A DNA stretch of 64,000 bases from Bugula neritina (taxonomy: Eukaryota > Animalia > Bryozoa): assembly GCA_964035545.1 (NCBI GenBank), contig OZ037768.1, positions 2,450,741 to 2,514,740 of the forward strand, in the 5' to 3' direction. Every line of letters starts with the position of its first letter. Positions within the stretch are counted from its first letter, which is position 1. A program made the translations under genes and the position numbers. This document shows positions 52,151-64,000 of the stretch, piece by piece. Below the pieces are notes generated by a model, which worked only from the letters and a program-made list of their open reading frames with translations, was not told the origin of the DNA and did not search any database.

Positions 52151-53119
52151 GATCTGTCAAATATCATTCAATGTAAATGCCACACATTTGACTTTTGTCA
52201 TGCTCATTGTGATTGTATTTCAATTGGTGTTACTGTTTACAAACAATCTCAAAGTTCAACAAGAATTATGATATTATTAATTTTAATTAGTATTACTATT
52301 AGTATCCCTGATAACAGTATGAGTATCATTAAAGTGCTAGTTAATAAATGTAATTTGGCTTTTGCTTTGGGTTTATCTTCATTGAACTTTAGTTTGGTGT
52401 TGTATTTGTTCATACTGATTACAGACTTTGAATTTTAATTTTAAAATTAAAAGATTATGTTATCATTTTGATTATGGTTCTCATATCGATATTCATTATG
52501 ACCATCATTTTAATTACTATTCTAACTAATGTTAGGCCGTACATAAAAATATGTTTTGATCAGGGTGTTATGGCTTTAGATATAGTTTAATTCATATTAT
52601 ACTTAAAGTTATTGTGATGGCTTGCTTTTTAATTAACATTCAACTTGTGAATGTGTCATCCACTAATTTTAATTTTTAAGATAGTCTTACTGATAGGTAC
52701 GCAATGATTGTCATTGTAGGTCTATCATAAAATTATTACTGCTATTTTTACAAATTATTATTATTATGAATACCATAACTGTAACTAGACATTGCCGGAT
52801 ATGTAACTGTTTATGAGAGTGTAATTATAAATAGGTTGCAGGGTCACTCTTCATTGCTATTTTTAATATAATATTTTTTTTGCAACAACAGATTTGTCAT
52901 TACATATTTATGCTAAAAAGATCATTGTAAAGGTATAGATTGGTATCAGTAGAAACATTCTTAGAAATTGTAAATAGAATACTGATGTTAACATAATGCA
53001 ATTAAATTTGTTTATATTATGTAGTTATTTCTTTACAGTTTTTAGACTAGCCCCAAAGAATTTTGAAACACCAGCAATGCTCTAAGACTGTGGAAACATT
53101 TATTTACACAGCTGCCGTC

Positions 53120-56100
53120 ATGTTTAGAAATGATTACCAGGTGAAATATATCTTGATTTTACATGTGTACTTAGACCTGTGATTATGTGACAAGGTAGTC
53201 TGTAGAGATTCAGATTATCGTTATGTAATAGTATTGTATATTTACTCCTACACCAGATTGTCCTCATGTATCATTACACTGAGTTAAACAGCACACGCAG
53301 GCTTTAGATATATTATTATCTACAATATTTGCAGGGTGGTAATTTCTTTGAGATATTCAGTGCTCAGGGAAAAGATCCAACTAGTCAGTGGAAGTTGCAG
53401 GGTTCAGCTGGTATAAGAAAGGTACCTCATGTCATTCCAAACTAATACTGCCTTAATTACTCTACCCATGCTTTCGATGCTGATTCTTATTTATCACTTA
53501 AATTAAAGTTCATCAGTAACTTTGCTGGTATCAACTATACTGGTTTCTTGATGTTTCTATCGACCATTATTTTTGTAGAAATTTGAGAAAGAAGTTAAAG
53601 GATATGTATATACATTAGAGGGTACTGTAGCTACTACCAAAATGGTGATACCCAAAGATATCAAGCATTCGTGTATGTATTTCATAAAATTTAGTTCAAT
53701 GCAATAATTGTAGTTGTGTGTACTGTAGATAGTTGTGTGTACTGTATGTAGTTGTGGGTACTGTATGTAGTTGTGTGTACTGTATGTAGTTGTGGGTACT
53801 GTATCTATTTGTGGGTACTGTATGTAGTTGGGGGTACTGTAGATAGGTTTATAGTTGGCAGGTTTTGGTTACTTAAATGCTCCTCTTTAATTATTATTGA
53901 GATTGTTTTAATTAAACTGATTTAAAGCCTGAAATTTGTATCAGTTTATTAGATAGGAAAATTTTGATTGGCTAAAAAGGTCTGATTATAGTTCATGAAC
54001 TTCTACTGTGTTTACTGTGCTACATTAAGATGATGATGTGATTAGATATTATGAATATATATCTCCTTTTGTTACAGTGTCTTTGGTTCAAAGATATCTG
54101 ATCTTCCAAATCAATGTGCCTAAAGGTGGTGAATTCTCCATAGAGATAGGGTCAGTTATCCAGTTTAGTCAATATTATCTACTTGCTAAGCAGATAATCT
54201 ACAGTCTTCAGTGATGGCATTAAATGTTCCAAATATGAATATAATATTTTAAAAGAATATTTGCATCTAACATTTTGATTGTTTTCCAGAAGTTATTCTA
54301 AAATATATAATTGTGTTATGATTTGATAGGATACTTTCTTGCCTTCAGTGGCAAATTAATTTTTGAAATAGATTGTGTTTTAATAATTCACTCAATTCTT
54401 TACTATCATCTAACATAGCTACTTTTTATATCATTTTCAGCTATGTAGTGTATTTAATCTCTAATCATCAAGTTGATTCTTATTTTTGTTTTGTCACGTA
54501 ATAACATAAAGTATTTTATTGGCTGCTTCTTGAATAAACCACTGAATTTTTTCGAGTCTGTATCATATAAAAACAAAGAACACTGAAACATCATATGGGA
54601 ATATAAAACACTAATTGTGTTCCACACTCTCAGAGAATTACGAGCCACTTACTGAAACAGTAGTATTGTATTGAGATAGTTATGGCATCTGAACCACTGA
54701 TTATGTTGGCATATATTATAATATCCCGTGTTGCTATGGTTGCAGAGTAACGGACACAGGAAACAACAAGAGAAGACTAAATCTATCAACATCAGTGAAA
54801 GAGATCTCTACCACACCTTTGCATGCAAAGCTACCTCTCACTGTGCTTCGGAAGTCAATGGTATTTCTAGTGCAAAATTAAACAGTATTCATGATTTCAT
54901 TCAGAGTGTTTATATGCATGTGCAAGTCAAATAATTAATTCCAGTCACATGTAATGTTATTTTTTGTGGAGAAATTTGTTGGGTACCGCCCTGATAATCG
55001 GTTACCAGCCTGTTTTTGTGACGGTATTGTTGCTGATTGAATCGCAAACATTTCTCTCTCAGGATAACTAACCGGATCAAAAATTTTGGTCTCGTGTTGA
55101 GTTTTTGAAAGTTTTCTTAACAAGCAATTTGTGATGTATGTTGAAAACTTTTAGCTAAATGTGTTAATAGACAGTTTGTGTGATTTAGGTTACTGTGTAG
55201 TTTTATGCAAATGCAATATTTGTGTCAGTAAAATCTGTAAGCTTAGACCTGAGCTGTTGTTTTTATGACTCGTGGAAAAGTTGTAGTTTTGTTAAATCTT
55301 CTATCAGCTCCACCAACCGCTAGAAAAAACATCCTTCATGTTATAGAGTGGTTTATACAGGGCTGTGTGAAAGATCTTTCCACTCATAATGTTAATGTAT
55401 TATATGACTTAAACTTAAACATGGAAGGTTTCAGCATCTTCGGAGTTGTCACACTACTTCGACTCTAGTAATTCCATTGGAATGTAACATTGTAGTGGCT
55501 GAACTGCTGTTGTGACATGGTTAGCATAGTAGGGGAGACCTGGCCAGGGCAAACGTATAGCAAGATAGATAGCCTAAGTATTTCTGCCAACTGCTCATTA
55601 AGAAGGGTCATGACGATGAGGCTTCAACCTCCAGACACTACAGATGATGATAGTAAGTCGATTCCCCACTCAACTGGGAGTCATGTTCTCAGAAATGTAT
55701 TTACAACAGTTATTTATATACATGTTAAAGTCTGATGCTGTCAAGTAGGATGTTGATCAGTATTTTATGTGGGAGCTTGTAAATATACTTGAATTTCTCA
55801 AGTTGATAGACCAAGCAAGCACTAGTATCAGCTTATACCATACCATATGACACTAATATCAGCTGATATTATATCCCGATACTGCTGTCAACTAATATAC
55901 ATGATAGCGCTAGTAGATATGTAGGTTCAAAACCAGAGCGTAACGAGCAGGTTTCCTGGTTCCACAGGTATATACGGCACGGCGGAGAGCGTGACCTCAC
56001 CAGGTGTAGACCAGATTCCTAGGCAATGTCAGCTTCCTCTCGACCTTCACCATCTCACTCAGATTATCAACATGCACAAGATCAGAGCCTCCGAGGTCAA

Positions 56101-59100
56101 GGTTAAACATGACCGACCTTCACCCATAGAATTAGGTAACTAGTTACTGTCCATCTCAAAAGTTTGTGTGGTCTTAGGCTTACGAGAGTTTGAAGTGGGT
56201 TTCAACACCACCATCAGGTTAGGTTTTAATTACTTTTTAACCAAAATTTTAAATTATTATTGACAGTTGTCATTTCCCAAATTAAAATTTTACTTCTTCA
56301 AGATGGTAGTTTGTTTACTTTTCTTGAAATAATATTTTATTTACTATTTTAGGCTTTTTATTGGGCAAAGATAAAACAGCAAAGTTAATTACAAACCACT
56401 CAATGGGTTTTCTTTCTTGTTTTACTTGATGTATATGTGTATGAAGAGTATCCTTCTCATCTGTTGCAGACCTGAGCGCTAGTGGAAGGCGTGGCCAGAT
56501 GAATGAGAGTTTTCACATAGCCTTTGGCACCAAGATTGGTAAACCTCCTACTGCAGGGGTGGGCAGAAAGTCAACCTCATCAGGGTTGCCTTCTCCGTCT
56601 AGTATGAGGTCTAGTGCCGGTGCTTCCTCCAGAGAGAGTTATGGTAGGTTTTTCAGTCTTCTGCCTGTACGTCTTCAACATTCCTCTGCTTTCAATGTGG
56701 TCATAGTTAAACTGGTAGTTGTTTATATAGAAATTGCATGGCATGTGTGTAGGTGGGAAATATAATACCTTTAGTTGGACTTTCACTGTATATTGATTTG
56801 GTTTTATTCTGAGAATTTCAGGGTGTTGTGTTATTGGCTATTAGTATTTTACTAGCTACATGTTTTCTGTTGATATTATCATTAATATTTATATTTTATT
56901 GGTTGCTCAATGCATACAAATAAATTGCAAATTCGTCTGTGTTAAAACTTTGTTAAATACCTCAACGTAATGCATGAATAATAAAGCCACACAACTCCAA
57001 TATATATCTATATGATACCCTCGCATGCTGCTTTCATCAGTTCCACCTTTGTTTTGTCACTTTGTTAGACGTGTATTTGTTTATATTATTGTTCATCACC
57101 ATGTGTGTAGATTTGTCTGCACGTCCAACAGCCCGTAGTCATCGCCAAAGTCACGCTGACAGAACCTCCTTCCCTCATAATATTAACAATCGGCAGCGCC
57201 TGCTTTCAGATCCTGGCAAGTCCGCTGACAGGGCCAACAGTATGTTCAGCTACCCATTCGATGATAATATAATATACTAACTCAGTAATACTATAATATA
57301 CTAACTCAGTAATACTATAATATACTAACTCAGTATTACTATAATATACTAACTCAGTAATACTATAATATACTAACTCAGTAATACTATAATATACTAA
57401 CTCAGTAATACTATAATATACTAACTCAGTAATACTATAATATACTAACTCAGTAATACTATAATATACTAACTCAGTAATACTATAATATACTAACTCA
57501 GTAATACTATAATATACTAACTCAGTATTACTATAATATACTAACTCAGTATTACTATAATATACTAACTCAGTAATACTATAATATAATAACTCAATAA
57601 TTATATAAATTTTAAACACTACCCACTATTCATTTACAGCCTGATTATTTGTTTCACACCATACTACTTTATGTTTGTGTATTTTACCAAATATACTCAC
57701 AATTTTCTTTTTAGCTCCACTGATTTTTGTCAAATGTTGGTCAGACCTAACAGATAGTTTACTTTATTTATTCTGCCGATATTCTAGATCAAAATCATTT
57801 CTCTGTTTGTTTGTCATGAGGGACTCTTATCATGTTAAGTTTCATGTGCTATAATATTAGTTTCAAGTATCACCTACATCAGTTTATGAGTCTGTTGAAT
57901 AATTTTTTTTGAAACATTTGCTCACCTTTTCTGATTATAGCCAACTTGAAATATTTACTGGAAGTAATTATACTCAGTTGATACAGTCCTTGACATAGCT
58001 CTGTGGTGTACTGGTATCCAGTGTCATTTTCGTTTTTCTTAGACCCGCTAAATGAAAGTAAAAGCTGGTCGGGGAGTGAGATGCAGGAGCAGAAGCTACA
58101 TGAAGCTGGATTTGCAGTGCCACATCCGCCTCCCCGAGACAGCTCAACCGAGTCCACGGGAAGGAGGAGACCCAAAGTGAGGTCGAGTGAGAGACAGTAC
58201 AGAACCCCTGCTGATGCTCATCTGAATCCTCTCCACGTCAACTCCACAGGTGGGCTTCGTGCACCACCCGTACTCTTCAGAACTTCCTGTCTTTAGAGCC
58301 ATATAATCTTAGTTCTGTCCAGTCATAATTCTATTCTATCAGACTGTTATGTAAATATATAAATATACTTTTTGATTAACATTTTATAATTCTTATTGAT
58401 TGCACACCCGTGTCATAACCAACAGTTTGACTGTAGAAAGTCACGTTGTTTCATCACAGGGCATCACCACACAGTGTCTGCCCCCTCTATACCACACATC
58501 AGGCAGAATAGTGACCAGAGGGAAGACAACTCTGCAAAGTTGAAGTTGTCTCCTCTTAAGATGAATAAATTAGCACCAATAAACAGACAGTCACAGCAGC
58601 CCCTGCAATCTGCCCATGAACCCAGACTACATGTGAATAAGACACCACTTCAGCCCCTTGACCAGCAGCCAGGTTTGTGTGCCCAGTCATTCTCCGATCA
58701 TCTTTAGTACTGTGACACACTATATTATAAGAATATCACAAGCTGGGTCGCTAAATGTATTGCTGATTTTGTAACACCTGTCAGGGATTTTTTTAGAGTT
58801 ATTTTGGGGTTCGGGTGGTAAAATATCTGCTGAGCAATTGAACATTCAGGGTTGTCCTGCTTGTATTCATATTAAAGGATTTAAGTTCCCTGGGTGAATA
58901 AATTTTGTCCTTTTATAGCAATTTGGGTAGTTTTTTAGTGAGCGATCTCTGAAATGAAACCTAAACTATAAAATGGAAATGGTGTCATTTAGCTGTGATC
59001 AGTTTACAAAATGCTTGTTAGAGCAATAACTTGATTTCAATTGATATTAAGTCAGGAACTGTTTGGTGCAAGTATTGCTAATGGCTGTTTCATTATTTTA

Positions 59101-62100
59101 ATTATGTTTAACATAGTCACAGTTGTGAATGTCGGAACTTCTGGAAACTTCTAAAAAGATGACTCACACTCTATAGTATTTATATTATCCTTCTGATGTG
59201 GTGTGGTTATCATATTGTTCTGCTGGCAGGTAATGTGAAGAATCACAATGCAGTACCAGCTGTGGTCTGGACTAGTCACACTAACAGTGGATCTAAAGGG
59301 TCAAAGGTCGCACCAAACCCTTGGTATCAGGAAGACATAAACAGTGGGGTGGGCGGGGCCGACGAGTCAGTGAGTGAAGTTATAGAAGCAGTCAGAGAGA
59401 AAATGGAGTCGCTGGAACAAGGAACTGATTCAGATGAAGACAGGCGTAATCTCATGTATGTTAGTCTGAGGTTTCAGATGACATACTGAGACATGTATAT
59501 GGTTCATAGATGCTAATGCATGGCGCTTTCTTTCAGACAAACTGACTCTAAGGCTTTAAATAATCTTTATCCCCCATTGGACCTTTTAGTACTTCACATA
59601 GCCTCATTAATTTGACACATTATTTTGGAGTTGTGTTCTCTTATTAGAACTAATTGGCAGCTTCATATTTCATATTTGGCTGTTAAAGAAATAACCAACA
59701 CTAATAACTCACTAGGAATAGTGTGCATATATAGTACACATGTGTGCATAGTTTGAACTACTCTTTTATTTTACATCACGTCATTTAGTGTAGATAAGAA
59801 AGCAGTCATAATATACTATTACACAGAGCTGTGTGATAGAATTAACCCAGTAGTATTTCCATAGACCTCATGTATTGTGGTTGTAGAGACTCACTGGAGA
59901 ATTTCATCAAGTCCGATGATGGGGGTAGCTCCAGTAGCGACGAGGACGTGGCGCCAGCTCTCTTCCAGTTCCGAGCTCCGCCCACGGCCGCCGTAAACAG
60001 TCTCAGCAGGAAACCAGCCGCTGAGTTAGCAGCAATCAACTCTAGACGGTCTCCCAACCCAACCAGTGATGGTGACTACCTACCTGCCTCCAGTAAACCA
60101 GAAAGACCAACCGAACTCTCAATAAACCCAAACGGCGCAGTGTACAGTCCCTCAGCCTACCGGTCTAAACCTGAGCAAGACACACCCACTCCTGGTGCTA
60201 AGACTATATTGAAGACTGAGGCCCTGGTTCCTCGACCTCCAGATAGCCCTCGGGTGTCGTCTAGACCCAACAGCGGTCGATTGCGGTCTCGAGGTGGCAG
60301 CAGAGCTAGTAACTATAGCAACAAGCCCACACCTGACAGTTCAGCCAATGGCGATGAGCTGGGTAAAGCTTTGGCCAATCACACATCTAAGCTGGTGAAA
60401 GATAGCCAATTAGCATTAAGCAATGGCGGAGCTGATGATATCTGTGCTGACAAAGAGATTTCTTCAAGCAAAGCCCTAGAACTGAGCCCGGATACACCTA
60501 GCGGAGGGGAGGGTGGCATGTCGAGTAAACATTCCCAGGTTAAGCGGCTGTTGCAGTACGGGGGTGAGATGGAAGGTATGGTGGCAGGGTATACTATGCT
60601 GTCATATGAAGTAGTTGTGTGTTTTTATATTCAAGTATATTCAAGCATGATATATGATAGACTTTCTGCAAGTATGTCAGTTCATAGATAGGTTAGAATA
60701 GAGTTGTCTCCTCTTGAAAGGTGCCTTAATTGGTGTTTTGTGTTCCTGTAGGTCTACCTAGCCCTAGGGCTTCTGAACAGGAGCCAAGAATATCGTCAGC
60801 TGGTAGGCGGGGTGGATCAGCAAGCTCACGCCGTAGTGACTTGACTAGTACAGACTCTGAGTCTGCCAAGGAGGACCTGGCAGTGCCTTATCAGGTTAGA
60901 CTGTGGGATACTCTATACCCCTCACCGTGTTATACAATGTTACTAGTAAATACTCTGTCAATATGTCTTCCGATCTATTTGTACGCTATAGCTTCTGTGT
61001 TACCCCTTCTGTCTCGTGTCTATGACTGAATGCTTTCCCTGCAGATTTTATTTACTGCGTACTAGTGGTGGATTGTATTTACTGTATGCTAGTGGTGGAT
61101 TGTATTTACTGTATACCAGTAGGGGTTGTATTTACTGTATACTAGTGGTGGATTGTATTTACTGTATAATAGTGGGGGTTGCACTTACTTTATACTAGTG
61201 GTGGATTGCATTTACTGTATACTAGTGGTGGATTGTATGTTAGTGGTGGATTGTGTCAACCCCTAGCTAGTGGTGGATTACGTGTACTGACTATGATTAG
61301 GTACAGCTGCTGAGGACTTCAGACAGGGGTTCTCCTGTGAGTAGCAGAGGGTCTACCAGACTGAGTAGGAAGTCTTTAAGAGAGATCCCGGAAAGTGACA
61401 GGAGATTGGCTAATGCCCAACACAGCTCTACTAGCCCTGTATGTCTGTACCTGTCTCTCACCCCTACACTGTGGTGGTTCTTAATCTATCTCTTCTGTCT
61501 CCCTTATGTCATGTCACCTGATTATACACTGATTGGCTATAAATATCTTGTCCTGTAATAATACTGACCACATTTTAGTTGACATGACATTCAGGTGAGA
61601 TGAGGTACATTCTGATGTCATGTGGTTTGTGTGTTGACATGTGTTTACCTGGCATTAAGTATTTATGTGCAAACCTACCTGAATATATGGTTAATTAATG
61701 ATGTCAGACTAACAGTTGCTGTTTAAAATAATTACATTTATATACTCCTGTTGTCTATTTTTCATGTATATATGTATTTGTTATATAAGTTGTGGTTACG
61801 TTGTCCACAGTCACAGGTTTTATTAGTATGCAAGTATGACATGTATGTTGTTGACTGTAAGGTTCAGACAACCCATGAGCCAACACCATACAGATACATG
61901 GAAGAAACGTTTGACGAGGAGAAGATGCTGCAGTTCATGAAGAGAGAGCAGGAGCTGGGAGGGTCTATTGATGAACAGAATAACTTGAAGAGGCCCATAG
62001 CTGTGTCAGGTCACCGCTACGAGCACGAGGTTTGTGTTACTATTCAATAGCATAGCTAGTTTACCTGATATCTTTCTCCCCCTTCATTGTAGAATATATC

Positions 62101-63354
62101 TTCCAGTGTTCCAATCAGCTGGTCTGTACTTTGTAGTCACACAGAAAGTGTTGTTTTTAGAAGAGCATTGCCCTGTCTGTGAATTTTATCAATGTGCGTT
62201 AAATTTACAATAACTTATCAGTTACTGAGTTGGGGCTAGATTGTAAATATTTTACACATTGATTGTCCCTCAAATAGCATAACCGTAAAATGTGTTCATT
62301 TGAGCCACTACAGATAACACTTGTATACTGCAGGTATCACCCAGTGACGGTGAGCACTCTAGTGATGAGTCATCGATGACGATGCCGATGGGGTCACATG
62401 ACTACAAGGAGGAGATGAAGGACACCCTGGAGAGGTCAGACAATAGAGAACACACCATGTTCAGTCCTCCCATCTTCATAGCCAGTCAGAACAGGCCTGA
62501 TGGCAGTTTCAACACTTCTGGCCTGTCTCTACCAGCCTACAGAGGTGAGTATACTGTATATATAGTCTGTCTCTACCAGCCTACAGAGGTGAGTATACTG
62601 TATATATAGTCTGTCTCTACCAGCTTACAGAGGTGAGTATACTGTATATATATAGTCTGTCTCTACCAGCCTACAGAGGTGAGTATACTGTATATATATA
62701 TAGTCTGTCTCTACCAGCCTACAGAGGTGAGTATACTGTATATATAGTCTGTCTCTACCAGCCTACAGAGGTGAGTATACTGTATATATAGTCTGTCTCT
62801 ACCAGCTTACAGAGGTAAGTATGCTGTATATATAGTCTGTTTCTACCAGCCTACAGAGGTGAGTATACTGTATATATATAGTCTGTCTCTACCAGCTTAC
62901 AGAGGTGAGTATACTGTATATATACAGTCTGTCTCTACCAGCCTACAGAGGTGAGTATACTGTCCATGTACAGCCTCCATGCCATGGGCTACTCAAAATG
63001 AATTATATTTGGCAATTTTTCAGGGACATCTCAACAGAATAAGCGTTGAAACTTCTAATCTAGCGCATTTATGCGTAATGTAATCTAGGATATCATATGT
63101 GTGGTATAGCTGTATGTAAACACTTTTGTTTTACATGTTTTTTTATGAAATGCTAGACTGTTTTCCTACATTTCTGTGTTTCAGATAAGAAACAGAAAAG
63201 GTTGTCAACCAGCAGTGGCGTGGGAACCTTAGCTGATCACTCACCAGGTCGGGACGGTGCCGAGGAGGGGGAGGAGGAACTCGATCTCATATACGACCCG
63301 GTGCTCAACTGCTACTATGATCCTCTGACTCATAAGTACTACGAACTGGTGTGA
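53120..63354 (+). CDS. CFAP20DC: CFAP20 domain-containing protein (C3orf67)
   Basis: Exons 53120-53140, 53335-53421, 53579-53672, 54078-54150, 54746-54860, 55496-55652, 55968-56135, 56470-56643, 57111-57239, 58043-58249, 58460-58672, 59230-59455, 59887-60575, 60752-60894, 61301-61438, 61862-62029, 62334-62544, 63185-63354 join in frame. N-terminus MFRNDYQGGNFFEIFSAQGKDP...TPLHAKLPL...ISANCSLR and C-terminus LIYDPVLNCYYDPLTHKYYELV match C3orf67/CFAP20DC. Confidence 0.94.
53709..53845. repeat. Minisatellite, 19 bp unit TGTAGTTGTGTGTACTGTA, about 7 copies, after CFAP20DC donor 53673
   Basis: Tandem units read directly. Confidence 0.9.
57269..57600. repeat. Minisatellite, 24 bp unit ATAATATACTAACTCAGTAATACT, about 14 copies, after CFAP20DC donor 57240
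   Basis: Tandem units read directly; source of spurious ORF 57206-57619. Confidence 0.95.
61046..61290. repeat. Minisatellite, about 27 bp unit TTTACTGTATACTAGTGGTGGATTGTA, about 8 degenerate copies, before acceptor 61300
   Basis: Tandem units read directly. Confidence 0.85.
62523..62963. repeat. Minisatellite, 44-48 bp unit containing exon end and donor (CTGTCTCTACCAGCCTACAGAG|GTGAGTATACTGTATATATAGT), 10 copies
   Basis: Units start at 62523, 62567, 62611, 62657, 62705, 62749, 62793, 62837, 62883 and 62929. Confidence 0.97.
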
Positions 63355-63384
63355 CCTGCGGCCTCATCCAGTCCAGCTGTCACC

Positions 63385-63447
63385 TGCAGCAGGCTGTCAC
63401 ACACACACTTACAGCAGGCTGTCACACATACTTGCAGTAGGCTGTCA
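63385..63447. repeat. Short tandem repeat (CAGCAGGCTGTCACAC..., 3 copies) in the CFAP20DC 3' UTR
   Basis: Three 23-25 bp units just after the stop codon. Confidence 0.6.
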
Positions 63448-64000
63448 AGTGGAAGAGTGTGTTGGTGTGTAGAACTGCTGGCTACCTCAGCTCTTCCTGC
63501 AACTATTTTCAGTCAGTTCAACATTCCTGTGATAGAGTCACCGTCCAGCATCACCTTTACAAGTTCCACTTGGAGAAAATATGTTTTTAGACCTGTTATG
63601 TGTTCTAATTTACTGAGTGTATTAATGCTATGAAATGTTGCTAGATGAATATTTCAGTATCTCTACAGCCTTTTGCAGGGTACTTATGGTCGTATTTTTG
63701 TGAATATGATTAGAAGTTTCCCAACTGTCAAGCATATCAAATGTGTTGTCAGCTGCATATACACATCTTTTGAAGCAAAGTTTTTGAAGTCTGAAAAACA
63801 TGATTGTCTGCATTCTTTCTGTCCGCTCTGAATTGCCGCATATTTATTATATTAGCATTTTTAACATCACTGCATATTGGCATGTGTGAAATTTAGGTTT
63901 TTTTATTTGGGAATCAATTGTGTTACTGGTTTGCATTTTGTACAATCGTTCGCATTCCGTCCTTTTTATATTCTGTAATCTACCAACCACATAACAGTTA

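Noticed and set aside
51812-52438. 208-aa ORF between TTLL4 and CFAP20DC
   Set aside because: Non-ATG start, hexamer low-complexity repeat, no domain.
57206-57619. 137-aa (SITELVYY)n ORF
   Set aside because: Antisense translation of a 24-bp intronic minisatellite.
62523-62963. CRISPR-like appearance of 44-48 bp periodic arrays (also 36215-36537 and 3973-4430)
   Set aside because: No unique spacers, units are wholly repeated, no cas genes, and the context is eukaryotic introns.

Overview
AT-rich, intron-containing invertebrate animal genomic DNA (not prokaryotic). Five spliced genes were reconstructed by hand from splice signals and reading-frame continuity. They alternate strictly in orientation: an ETV6/TEL/Yan-like ETS factor (+, 2.7-14.1 kb, possibly 5'-partial), CCDC148 (-, 14.6-30.3 kb), an AT-hook plus 8x C2H2 zinc-finger gene (+, 31.3-37.9 kb), the tubulin glutamylase TTLL4 (-, 38.7-50.1 kb) and CFAP20DC/C3orf67 (+, 53.1-63.4 kb). 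Most long ORFs in the supplied track that are not exons are minisatellite artefacts. The best leads are: (1) an in-frame TGA-CGG stop in TTLL4, two bases before a splice donor, after which the frame continues into a last exon (readthrough, cassette exon or nonsense allele); (2) sequence-unrelated minisatellites that repeatedly abut or contain splice sites, including arrays of 7 and 10 duplicated donors, next to GC3-rich exons; (3) a bidirectional promoter bracketed by a perfect 18-bp inverted repeat with mirror-image YY1 motifs; (4) a GC-AG intron in CCDC148; (5) RFX X-box-like motifs at the ciliary genes. No RNA genes, CRISPR arrays or intact transposases were seen. Homology calls come from recalled protein sequences, not from database searches.
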